64,000 nt of DNA from Alphaproteobacteria bacterium (lineage in GTDB: Bacteria > Pseudomonadota > Alphaproteobacteria > Bin95). The stretch is taken from NCBI GenBank assembly GCA_965205265.1, contig CBDBGH010000003.1, forward strand, positions 224,001 to 288,000, written 5' to 3'. This document shows positions 29,252 to 37,691 of this stretch, piece by piece; within the stretch, counting starts at the first letter, position 1; each line of letters starts with the position of its first letter. Position numbers and translations under genes: made by a program. The notes under the pieces were generated by a model, which did not search any database, was not told where the DNA came from, and saw nothing but the letters and a program-made list of their open reading frames with translations.

Positions 29252-30157
29252 TCAGGCTTCGGCCTGCACCGCTTCGACGATCTGGCGCACGCGGTCCCGG
29301 AAGGGGGCGTATTGCAGGCCGAATTCCTCCACCAGGCGGCGGTTGTCGATCAGGTAATTGCCGGAGGCCGCCAGCCCGCCGGTCTCCTGCTCGAAGGAGA
29401 TGTCGGCATCCGGCAGGAACTCGCGCACCAGCGCCGCGAGATCGCCCATCGAGATGGCGTGGCCGCCCGTGTTGTAGATCCGGTGCTGCGGCGCCTCGGC
29501 CAGTGTGACCCGCGCGAACGCCTCCGCCACGTCGTCCACATGGATCGGCGCGCGCATCGCGTCGGCATGGGGGAAGCTCACGGGCTCGCCGCGGGCCGGG
29601 AAGGTGACGCAGCGAACATGGTCGATGGAGCCGTAGATCTTGTCGGGCCCGGTCACGTTCGCGGGCCTGATGCCGGTGATCGCCATGCCGTATTTCGCGC
29701 TGTAGTCCTCGGCCTGCCACTCGTTGAAAATCTTGTGCATGGCGTACTGGTTGTCGCCGTAGCGGTGGTCGTCCTCGTCCGCCATGCGCTCGCCGAAATG
29801 GCTTTGCAGGCCGCTGACCGCGAGCGAGCTCGCATAGACGGTGTGCGCGACGCCGCCGAGCCGGGCTGCCTCGAAGCAGTTGCCCATGCCGAGAATGTCG
29901 AGCTTGAGCGCGGTGCGCGGCGGCAGCTCGCCGATGAAATAGGCGAGATTGACCAGCCGGTCGGGCTTCGTCTCCGCGACGAGCGCCATCACCTGGTCGA
30001 ACTGCGTCACGTTGCCCTTGCGCGTCTCGGCCATGTCGCCGAAATCCGCCGCCTCGGGCGCGATGTCCATCACGACGACCTCCGCGCCCCGCGCCGCCAG
30101 CAGCGGCACCAGCCGGCGCCCGATAAAGCCGGTTCCCCCGACCACCAGAACCTTCAT
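29252..30157 (-). CDS. NAD-dependent epimerase/dehydratase (extended SDR)
   Basis: GGTGFIG, YASS, YAMHK (YxxxK), IHVDDVA. Confidence 0.88.
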   Translation of the reverse strand: MKVLVVGGTGFIGRRLVPLLAARGAEVVVMDIAPEAADFGDMAETRKGNVTQFDQVMALVAETKPDRLVNLAYFIGELPPRTALKLDILGMGNCFEAARLGGVAHTVYASSLAVSGLQSHFGERMADEDDHRYGDNQYAMHKIFNEWQAEDYSAKYGMAITGIRPANVTGPDKIYGSIDHVRCVTFPARGEPVSFPHADAMRAPIHVDDVAEAFARVTLAEAPQHRIYNTGGHAISMGDLAALVREFLPDADISFEQETGGLAASGNYLIDNRRLVEEFGLQYAPFRDRVRQIVEAVQAEA

Positions 30158-30356
30158 GCCCCGTCCTCTCCCGTTAGAGCGCGATCCGTTCCGATGGAAA
30201 CACATTTCCATCCGATCCCGAAATCGCCGCCCCGACTACCGGATTCGCACATCCCGGCGCAACCTCGGCGCTAACTGGCTGACATGGTTGCGGTTTGGCC
30301 GGACTTCCGGTCAACGGCGCGGCGGGATAGGCTGGCCGGAGCAGGGAGCGCCGGAC

Positions 30357-31760
30357 ATGTCGGAGCGCGACTACGAGCTGCTGGTCATAGGATCCGGACC
30401 CGCCGGCCATCGGGCAGCGATTCAAGCGGCGAAGCTCGGCAGGAAAACAGCCGTCGTGGAACGTCAGGCGGTGGTCGGCGGCGCCTGCATCAATACCGGC
30501 ACCATCCCGAGCAAGACGCTCCGGGAGGCCGTGCTGCATCTCTCCGGCTACCGCGAGCGCAACATTTACGGCGCCTCCTACCGCGTGAAGAAGGACATTT
30601 CGATGGCGGACCTGCTGGTCCGCACCGACAATGTCGTCGCCCACGAGCTCGACGTGAACCGCCATCAGCTGCTGCGCAACCGGGTCGAACTGTTGCAGGC
30701 GGAAGCGGCCTTCGTCGGTCCGCACAGGCTGCGCCTTGCCGGCCTGGACGGGCGGGGAACCTGGGAAGTCACCGCCGACCGGATCGTCATCGCCGTCGGC
30801 ACGGTGACGACGCGCGCGGGCGATGTCGATTTCGACGGCCAGCGGATCTTCACCAGCGACGAGATCCTGACCCTGAAGCAGCTTCCGCGTTCGCTTATTG
30901 TCATCGGAGCGGGCGTCATCGGCCTGGAATACGCGACCATCTTCGCGGCGCTCGGCGTCAGGGTCGCCGTCGTCGACAGGCGCCCCCGGCTGCTGAGCTT
31001 CATCGACTTCGAGATCATCGACACGCTGGTTTACCAGATGCGGCAGAACCGCATGACGCTGCGGCTCGGCGAAGAAGTCAGCAGCCTCGAACGGCTGGAC
31101 GCCGACAGGGGCGGGAAGGTTCGGGTGCATCTCGCCAGCGGCAAGCAGATCCAGGCGGACGCCGCGCTTTACAGCATCGGCCGGACCGGCGCGACGAAGA
31201 CGCTCGACTTGAGCGCGGCCGGGCTGAAGGCGGCCGACCGCGGCCTGATCGCCGTCAACGAGTCCTTCCAGACCGAGGTTCCGCACATCTACGCGGTCGG
31301 CGACGTGATCGGCTTTCCGAGCCTGGCCTCCACATCGATGGAGCAGGGCCGCATAGCCTCCTGCCACGCCTTCGGCGCGCCGGCGGAAAGCACCCCCGAC
31401 CTGCTGCCCTACGGCATCTACACGATCCCGGAAATCTCCATCGTCGGGCGCAGCGAGGAGGAGCTGACCGACGCAGGCATTCCCTACGAAGTCGGCAGGG
31501 CCGCCTATAACGAGATTTCCCGGGGCCAGATCCTCGGCGACTCCGCGGGCATCCTGAAGCTTATCTTCCACCTCGAGAGCCGCGAGCTCCTGGGCGTCGC
31601 AATACTTGGCGAGGGCGCCACCGAGCTGATCCATATCGGCCAGGCGGTGCTGACGCATGGCGGCAAGATCGACTATTTCGTCGATACCGTGTTCAACTTT
31701 CCGACACTGGCGGAGTGCTACAAGACCGCCGCCTTCGACGGAATCAACCGGCTCGACTGA
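30357..31760 (+). CDS. sthA: soluble pyridine nucleotide transhydrogenase
   Basis: GGACINTGTIPSKTLRE (single Cys), GAGVIGLEYA, PSLASTSMEQGR, FNFPTLAECYK. Confidence 0.92.
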   Translation: MSERDYELLVIGSGPAGHRAAIQAAKLGRKTAVVERQAVVGGACINTGTIPSKTLREAVLHLSGYRERNIYGASYRVKKDISMADLLVRTDNVVAHELDVNRHQLLRNRVELLQAEAAFVGPHRLRLAGLDGRGTWEVTADRIVIAVGTVTTRAGDVDFDGQRIFTSDEILTLKQLPRSLIVIGAGVIGLEYATIFAALGVRVAVVDRRPRLLSFIDFEIIDTLVYQMRQNRMTLRLGEEVSSLERLDADRGGKVRVHLASGKQIQADAALYSIGRTGATKTLDLSAAGLKAADRGLIAVNESFQTEVPHIYAVGDVIGFPSLASTSMEQGRIASCHAFGAPAESTPDLLPYGIYTIPEISIVGRSEEELTDAGIPYEVGRAAYNEISRGQILGDSAGILKLIFHLESRELLGVAILGEGATELIHIGQAVLTHGGKIDYFVDTVFNFPTLAECYKTAAFDGINRLD

Positions 31761-31827
31761 AGGACCGTTTGAGAATTGCGTTCATGCGGGTTCCGGGCCG
31801 GTTCCTCGATGCCCGAACGCCTCCCCT

Positions 31828-31914
31828 CGTCATGCCCGGACTTGTTCCGGGCATCTCTCTCCACCGCCTTCACCGGGCGGCCGCATGGATGGCCGGAACA
31901 AGTCCGGCCATGAC
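31828..31914. repeat. CGTC-type REP doublet (REPIN-like)
   Basis: CGTCATGCCCGGACTTGTTCCGGGCATC ... GATGGCCGGAACAAGTCCGGCCATGAC, two inverted hairpin units. Confidence 0.8.
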
Positions 31915-31971
31915 CGGGAAAGGGGCCGAGCCACCGCCTTCGGTCCGCCTCCAACCCCCCCGACGCTACCG

Positions 31972-33201
31972 CTATTCGTTCGGCCGGCCTGTCTTCCGCA
32001 TGAGCACGATGCGGTTTGTATTCGTGCCCTTGCGGTTGTTGGCCACGCCCCAGCAATTGGCGGTCTTGGTAAAGCGCTGCTCGTTCACCATCACGCCCTC
32101 GACGGCGAACGGCAGGCCGCCGGCGGCCGCCACGACATGGTCCTCCAGCAGCACCCTGCCGCCGCGCACCTCGCCTACCTCGAAGGCGAGGAAGCCGCCG
32201 GGGCGCAGCGTGCGCGCGATGTCGCGGAGGCTCGCATGGACGAAGGCCCGCCAGGCGTCCGGCGTCCTGTGGGCGGCGATCGACACCGCGTCCCGGTCGA
32301 TGCCGGCGAACCAGCAGCGCAGCCAGTTGTCCGTGCGGTAGTCCACCTGGTCGAGGAAGGGCGGGGAGGTGATGGCGAGATCGACCGAGCCGTCCGGCAC
32401 GAAGGCGGCATTCTCCGCAGGGGCCGCGCCGAGCAGCGCCGGCGGATGCGGCGGCGGCGCGCCCGTCGAGAGCAGCGAGCGGCTCTTGCGCAGGATGAGC
32501 GCGTCCACGTCGCGCGGCGGCGGCGTCTGGCCGCGCTTCGCATTGATGCGGCGCTGGCGCTCGGCCGCGACCGCCTGGTTGGGCGGCATGGTATAGACCG
32601 AGAAGAAGCCGGGCGAATGGCCGGTGAGGCGGTTGAGGCAGACCATGCGCAGCCACCCGTCCACCGGGTCGAGCGCGCCCGACCGCTCATGCTCAACGAA
32701 CCATGCGCGAAGGGCGGCGAGGCGGGCAAGCACCGAGTCGTGGAAGAAGACGCGCAGGTCGCCCAGCAACGGCTCTTCCGGCAGGGGGGCAGAGGGCGGG
32801 ATCTCCGCGAGCCGCGCGGCGATGTCCTCCGGGGAGGGCGGCGCCAGGCGGGGGCGGAGCAGCATGGCGGAGAGCGGGTTGATGTCGGAGCCGACCGGCC
32901 GGCGGCCCGTCAGCGCGGCCTGCAAGGGCGTCGTGCCGCGCCCCATGAAGGGGTCGTAAACCGCGTCGCCCGGCTGCGTCAGCCGCTCGATGAAGAAGCC
33001 CGGAAGCTGCGGCTTGAAACAGGCCCGGTAGCTCACCTCATGCAGCCGGCTCGCCTGCCGCTGCCCGGCGGTCCAGAACTCGTTGGTGAAACAGCGGAGG
33101 CCGTTTCGCCCGGCGATGCGGGTAGGGCGGCCCCGATACCGAAAGGCAGCGAGAAAGTCGGGAAACGCCTGCGGAGGGTCCGGTGCCAGGGCCGGGACCA
33201 T
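31972..33201 (-). CDS. orphan amino-type DNA methyltransferase (probably N4-mC)
   Basis: YRACFKP, DPFMGRGTT SAM-binding motif I near the N terminus, ITSPPF catalytic motif IV near the C terminus; start approximate. Confidence 0.8.
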   Translation of the reverse strand: MVPALAPDPPQAFPDFLAAFRYRGRPTRIAGRNGLRCFTNEFWTAGQRQASRLHEVSYRACFKPQLPGFFIERLTQPGDAVYDPFMGRGTTPLQAALTGRRPVGSDINPLSAMLLRPRLAPPSPEDIAARLAEIPPSAPLPEEPLLGDLRVFFHDSVLARLAALRAWFVEHERSGALDPVDGWLRMVCLNRLTGHSPGFFSVYTMPPNQAVAAERQRRINAKRGQTPPPRDVDALILRKSRSLLSTGAPPPHPPALLGAAPAENAAFVPDGSVDLAITSPPFLDQVDYRTDNWLRCWFAGIDRDAVSIAAHRTPDAWRAFVHASLRDIARTLRPGGFLAFEVGEVRGGRVLLEDHVVAAAGGLPFAVEGVMVNEQRFTKTANCWGVANNRKGTNTNRIVLMRKTGRPNE

Positions 33202-33210
33202 GCCTTCATT

Positions 33211-33306
33211 CGTCACCCCGGACGACGCGTCAGCGGCGATCCGGGGCCTTTCCCGGCGGAGGTTGTCCCTTGCGGCGCGAGGCCCCGGCTCAACGCCGGG
33301 GCGACG
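33211..33306. repeat. CGTC-type REP doublet
   Basis: CGTCACCCCGGA..TCCGGGGCCT and AGGCCCCGGC..GCCGGGGCGACG, with CGTC tags at both outer ends. Confidence 0.72.
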
Positions 33307-33329
33307 ACTGGCTGGAACCGGGGCCTCCC

Positions 33330-33962
33330 TCAACTTTCCCCCGGCGCCCGTGCCGGCGCTGTGCCGATGAGGGCGTCGCGGGTGACGAGGGCGGCCAGCG
33401 CGTCCTCGTCCATGTCGCCGGTGCCCTCCGGGCGGCGGGGGAGGACGATGTAGCGGAGGTCGGCCGTGCTGTCGTGGACGCGGACCTCCACCTCCTCCGG
33501 CAGTTCCGTGCCGAACTCGGCCAGCACGGTGCGCGGCTCGCGGACGACGCGCGCGCGGTAGGCCTTCTTTTTGTACCAGGCGGGCGGCAGGCCCAGCACC
33601 ATGCGCGGATAGCAGGAGCAGAGCGTGCAGACGATGACATTGTGGACTTGCGCAGTGTTCTCGACGACGCGCACGGTCGGGCTGTGCTCCAGCTCGTAGC
33701 CCTCCTCCGCCAGCAGGCCGGCCGCGTCCTCCAGCAGCCGGGCTTTGTAGTCCGGGTCGGTCCAGGCGCGGGCCACGAGGCGCGCGCCGTTCGCCGGCGT
33801 CAGGCTGTCCATCGCCTCGATCCGGCGCTGGATGGCGGCGGCGTCGAGAACGCCTTTCTCGATCAGCAGCTCGCGGATGGCGCGCTCCAGCGGCTCGTAT
33901 TCGCTCGACGGGTCGTCGGCGGCATGGGGGTGGGGATGGGTGTGGACATGCGGGTCGTTCAT
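33330..33962 (-). CDS. Co-type nitrile hydratase alpha / thiocyanate hydrolase gamma subunit
   Basis: VCTLCSCY metal-binding motif, GARLVARAWTDP, GLPPAWYK, YRARVVREPR, DSTADLRY.VLPRRP. Confidence 0.92.
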   Translation of the reverse strand: MNDPHVHTHPHPHAADDPSSEYEPLERAIRELLIEKGVLDAAAIQRRIEAMDSLTPANGARLVARAWTDPDYKARLLEDAAGLLAEEGYELEHSPTVRVVENTAQVHNVIVCTLCSCYPRMVLGLPPAWYKKKAYRARVVREPRTVLAEFGTELPEEVEVRVHDSTADLRYIVLPRRPEGTGDMDEDALAALVTRDALIGTAPARAPGES

Positions 33963-34246
33963 GGCCTGTCCTCCAGCGGCTGGAGCCAGTGTTCGTAGAT
34001 GTCGGCGTCGAGCGTATCGGCCGCCCCGCCGTCATAGCCCTCCCAGAGGTCGGCCTGCCGGAACCGCACCTGGTAGAGCGCGAGGTCCGGCTTGCCGGGG
34101 CGGAAATAGGCGAGCGCCTCCGGGTTCGGGAAGGAGCCGAGGCAGGCCGCCACCACGCCCTCGCGGCCCTTGAGATAGCCGGGCACGCGGTGGTGGCCGG
34201 CATGGAAGCGGTCGTCCACCCGGACCCTGGCGCCGATTTCGATCAC
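33959..34246 (-). CDS. NHase beta C-terminal (SH3-like) domain protein / SCNase alpha-like subunit
   Basis: GHHRVPGYLKGREG, LYQVRF...LW, DIYEHWL; GTG overlapping the upstream TGA, stop overlapping the alpha-subunit ATG. Confidence 0.82.
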   Translation of the reverse strand: MIEIGARVRVDDRFHAGHHRVPGYLKGREGVVAACLGSFPNPEALAYFRPGKPDLALYQVRFRQADLWEGYDGGAADTLDADIYEHWLQPLEDRP

Positions 34247-34527
34247 GGTTCGCGCCCTCCTTCGCGGGCAAGATGCGCCTCGATGGCGGCGCGGTCCAGA
34301 ATGCCGAGCTCCTCCAGCGACTGCCGGAGCGCCGCCAGCCGCCGGTCGTACCAGGCCGCGCCCTCCGAAGCGTCCTCGCGGAGCGCCGCCATCGTGCGGC
34401 GGTGCGCCTCGACAAGCTGCGCCTCGCCGCTGTCCGCGAGCAGGGACAGCAGCGCCTCCACCCGCCGCTCGTAAAGCGTCGGCTGGCGCGGCGCCGCCGC
34501 CGCGTCGCTCTGGGCCGGACCGTGCAT
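34243..34527 (-). CDS. NHase beta N-terminal-like protein / SCNase beta-like subunit (or accessory protein)
   Basis: YERRVEAL..LL, EAHRR, WYDRRLAAL...LEELGIL pattern; coupled to the downstream genes. Confidence 0.65.
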   Translation of the reverse strand: MHGPAQSDAAAAPRQPTLYERRVEALLSLLADSGEAQLVEAHRRTMAALREDASEGAAWYDRRLAALRQSLEELGILDRAAIEAHLAREGGREP

Positions 34528-34613
34528 CGCGCCCAAGCATAGCCCCGCCTATGCGCCCGGAACAGACTGTGCAAGACTGCGCGCCCCCGCGCGAGTTTCG
34601 AGGAGGAAAGCCG

Positions 34614-35507
34614 ATGTCCGAGCGCCGCACCACACGCCTGAAACGCCTTGTGCAGGCGCCCGAAATCCTGGTCGCGCCGGGCGTCGTGGACGGCATCGGC
34701 GCGCGGCTCGTGGCGAAGGCCGGCTTCGACGCCATCTACATGACGGGCGCCGGGACCACGGCCAGCCGCCTCGGCATGCCGGATGTCGGCCTGCTGACGA
34801 TGACCGAGATGGCCGACAATGCCGGGCGCATCGCCGACGCTTCCGGCCTGCCGCTGGTGGCCGACGCCGACACGGGCTATGGAGGCCCGGTGAATGTGCG
34901 CCGCACGGTGCAGGCCTATGAGCGCGCGGGCGTGGCGGGGCTGCATATCGAGGACCAGTCCTGGCCCAAGCGCTGCGGGCACCTGGCAGGCAAGACGGTG
35001 ATCCCGAAAGCCGACATGGTCGCCAAGATCAAGGCGGCGTGCGATGCGCGCATCGACCCCGACTTCCAGGTCATCGCGCGCTGCGACGCCATCGCGGTGG
35101 AAGGCTGGGAGCCGGCCATCGAGCGCGCGGAAGCCTATCAGGAGGCGGGCGCGGACATCCTCTTCATCGAGGCGATGACCACGATGGACCAGCTCGCCTT
35201 CGCGCCGAAGCATTTCCGCGCGCCCTGCCTGTTCAACATGGCGTCGAGCGGCAAGACGCCGGAGCTCTCGGCGGCGGAGATGGAGGCGCTCGGCTTCGCC
35301 GTCGCCATCTTCCCGGGCATCACGATGTCGGCGGCCATCCCCGCCATGACGCGCGCGCTCGCGACGCTGAGGGAAACCGGCGACGTCCGCCCGATCAGCA
35401 ACGAGTTCACGCCCTTCCGGGAATATTTCGACCTGATGGGCATGGCCGAGGTGCAGGCGTTGGAGGACCGCTACGCGGTCGATGACGCCGCCCGCGTCGG
35501 CTATTGA
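34614..35507 (+). CDS. isocitrate lyase / PEP mutase family lyase (PrpB / dimethylmalate lyase-like)
   Basis: GMPDVG, DADTGYG, HIEDQ..PKRCGH, IARCDA, GADILFIE; GAGGAGG RBS. Confidence 0.88.
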   Translation: MSERRTTRLKRLVQAPEILVAPGVVDGIGARLVAKAGFDAIYMTGAGTTASRLGMPDVGLLTMTEMADNAGRIADASGLPLVADADTGYGGPVNVRRTVQAYERAGVAGLHIEDQSWPKRCGHLAGKTVIPKADMVAKIKAACDARIDPDFQVIARCDAIAVEGWEPAIERAEAYQEAGADILFIEAMTTMDQLAFAPKHFRAPCLFNMASSGKTPELSAAEMEALGFAVAIFPGITMSAAIPAMTRALATLRETGDVRPISNEFTPFREYFDLMGMAEVQALEDRYAVDDAARVGY

Positions 35508-35520
35508 GGACGAGCGCCCC

Positions 35521-36915
35521 ATGCCAGCCACGATGTTCGACAAGATCTGGGACGCCCACACGATCCTGGAGCGCGAGGGCAACACCCTCCTGCATGTCGC
35601 CTTCCACCTCTGCCATGACGGCTCGGCCGGAGGCTTCGCCAAGCTGAAGGAGCGCGGCATTGCGGTGCGCCGGCCGGACCGCATGGCCGGCACGCCCGAC
35701 CACTATGTGCCGACCACCAGCCGGCGCATCGAGGACCTCGCCACCGAGGACATGAAGCGCATCTTCCGCGTCTTCGGCGAGAACTTCGCCGCCAACGGGA
35801 TCACGCATTTCCCGGTGGAGGACGCGCGCCAGGGCATCATCCATGTCGTGGGGCCGGAACAGGGCTTCACCCAGCCGGGCCTGGTGATCGTGTGCGGCGA
35901 CAGCCACACCTCGACGCATGGCGCGGTCGGCGCCATCGCGTTCGGCATCGGCTCTTCGGAGGTCGCGCACGTCATGGCGACGCAGGCGCTCTGGCAGAAG
36001 CGTCCGAAGACCATGCGCATCACCATTAATGGCGAGCGCCCCTTCGGTGTGACCGGCAAGGACGCGATCCTCGCCATCATCGCCCATATCGGCGCGGTCG
36101 GCGGCACGGGCTATGCCGTGGAATATGCGGGCTCGCTCATCCGCGCCTTCTCGATGGAGGAGCGGCTGACGGTCTGCAACATGTCGATCGAGGCCGGCGC
36201 GCGCTGCGGCATGATCGCGCCCGACGAAAAGACCTTCGACTATCTGAAGGGCCGGCCCTTCGCGCCCGCCGGCGCGGAATGGGACAAGGCGCTGGCCCAC
36301 TGGCGCGGCCTGCCGTCCGACCCCGGCGCCGCCTTCGACCGCGAGGAGGCGCTGGACGGGGCCGCGCTCGCGCCGATGGTGACCTGGGGCACGAGCCCGG
36401 AAAACGCCGTGCCGGTGACGGACCGGGTGCCGGACCCGGCGGCCGAGCCCGACGAGGAACGCCGCGCCGCGCTCGAGGGCGCCATCGACTATATGGGCCT
36501 CGCCGCGGGACAGGCGATCACCGACATCGAGGTGGACCGGGTGTTCATCGGGTCCTGCACCAACAGCCGCATCGAGGACCTGCGCGCCGCCGCGAAGGTG
36601 GTGGAGGGGCGCCGGATCAGGGTCGGCCACGCCTTCGTCTCGCCGGGTTCCGGCCTCATCAAGAAGCAGGCCGAGGACGAGGGCCTCGACCGCATCTTCA
36701 CCGAGGCGGGTTTCGAGTGGCGCGAGAGCGCGTGCTCCATGTGCGTCGGCATAAACGGCGACATTGCGCGCCCCGGCGAGCGCACGGCCTCCACCTCCAA
36801 CCGCAATTTCCGCGGGCGGCAGGGGCCGGGCGTGCGCACCCATCTGGTGAGTCCGGCCATGGCGGCGGCGGCGGCGGTCAGCGGCCGCTTCGCCGATGTG
36901 CGCGAATTCGGCTGA
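35521..36915 (+). CDS. leuC: 3-isopropylmalate dehydratase large subunit-like (aconitase family) paralog
   Basis: GIIHV.GPE, CGDSHTSTHGA, FIGSCTNSR, CSMC, STSNRNF.GRQG; substrate may not be isopropylmalate. Confidence 0.75.
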   Translation: MPATMFDKIWDAHTILEREGNTLLHVAFHLCHDGSAGGFAKLKERGIAVRRPDRMAGTPDHYVPTTSRRIEDLATEDMKRIFRVFGENFAANGITHFPVEDARQGIIHVVGPEQGFTQPGLVIVCGDSHTSTHGAVGAIAFGIGSSEVAHVMATQALWQKRPKTMRITINGERPFGVTGKDAILAIIAHIGAVGGTGYAVEYAGSLIRAFSMEERLTVCNMSIEAGARCGMIAPDEKTFDYLKGRPFAPAGAEWDKALAHWRGLPSDPGAAFDREEALDGAALAPMVTWGTSPENAVPVTDRVPDPAAEPDEERRAALEGAIDYMGLAAGQAITDIEVDRVFIGSCTNSRIEDLRAAAKVVEGRRIRVGHAFVSPGSGLIKKQAEDEGLDRIFTEAGFEWRESACSMCVGINGDIARPGERTASTSNRNFRGRQGPGVRTHLVSPAMAAAAAVSGRFADVREFG

Positions 36916-36931
36916 GCGGAGGAAGAGGCAG

Positions 36932-37552
36932 ATGGAACCCTTCAAGACCTTCTCCGCCATCGCCGCGCCGCTCGACATGCTGAATGTCGATACGGACCAG
37001 GTGATCCCGGCGCGCTTCCTCAGCCGCCCGCTGGACGAACGCTACGGCACCTATCTCTTCCACGACCTGCGCTTCGACGCCGACGGCGCCGAGAAGCCGG
37101 ATTTCGTGATGAACCGGGAGGGCTTCCGGGGGGCGCAGGTACTGGTCGCCGACCGGAATTTCGGCTGCGGTTCCTCGCGCGAGAACGCGGTGACGGCGCT
37201 CGCCGCGGCAGGTTTCAAGGCGGTGATCGCGCCCTCCTTCGGCGACATCTTCTACAACAACTCGCTGAAGAACGGCTTCCTGCCGATCCGCTTGGCCGAC
37301 GAGACCTGCCGGCGGCTGCGCGAGATGCTGCATGAGGGGCCCGGCGGCGAGGTCACGGTCGATCTGGAAAGCCAGACCGTCACCGCGCCCGACCAGTCCA
37401 CCTGGAGCTTCGAGATCGACCCGTTCCAGAAGAACAAGGTGCTGCAGGGGCTCGACGACATCGACTTCACCATGCAGTACCTCGGCGAGATCCAGGCCTT
37501 CGAGAAGGATTACGACGCCCGTATGACCTGGGTCACGACCCGCCCGCGCTAA
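36932..37552 (+). CDS. leuD: 3-isopropylmalate dehydratase small subunit-like
   Basis: NVDTDQVIPARFL, NFGCGSSRE, SFGDIFYNN. Confidence 0.78.
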   Translation: MEPFKTFSAIAAPLDMLNVDTDQVIPARFLSRPLDERYGTYLFHDLRFDADGAEKPDFVMNREGFRGAQVLVADRNFGCGSSRENAVTALAAAGFKAVIAPSFGDIFYNNSLKNGFLPIRLADETCRRLREMLHEGPGGEVTVDLESQTVTAPDQSTWSFEIDPFQKNKVLQGLDDIDFTMQYLGEIQAFEKDYDARMTWVTTRPR

Positions 37553-37580
37553 CGCTTTCCCGGCGGTTGAAGGCGGGGGC

Positions 37581-37684
37581 ATGATTGCGCATATGACGTT
37601 ATGCGCAATAATTATTGCGTATATAGTTGCGTATTGCGCATAAGAGGTCTAGATTGCGCTTAATCGATACGCGCAATCTAGGAG
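37581..37684. promoter_or_regulatory. AT-rich promoter/operator region with repeated TGCG(C/T)A units
   Basis: imperfect palindrome 37600-37623 and 11-bp inverted repeat 37649-37659 / 37671-37681 upstream of the Fic gene. Confidence 0.55.
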
Positions 37685-37691
37685 CGGCAAG

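Noticed and set aside
31972-34203. Apparent 743-aa fusion of the methyltransferase with the NHase region
   Set aside because: The N-terminal part is an Arg/Pro/Gly-rich off-frame reading of the NHase genes and a REP; methyltransferase motifs begin only below about 33200.
37581-37684. Possible CRISPR array or replication-origin iterons
   Set aside because: Units are only 6-7 bp and irregularly spaced, with no spacers, cas genes or rep gene.
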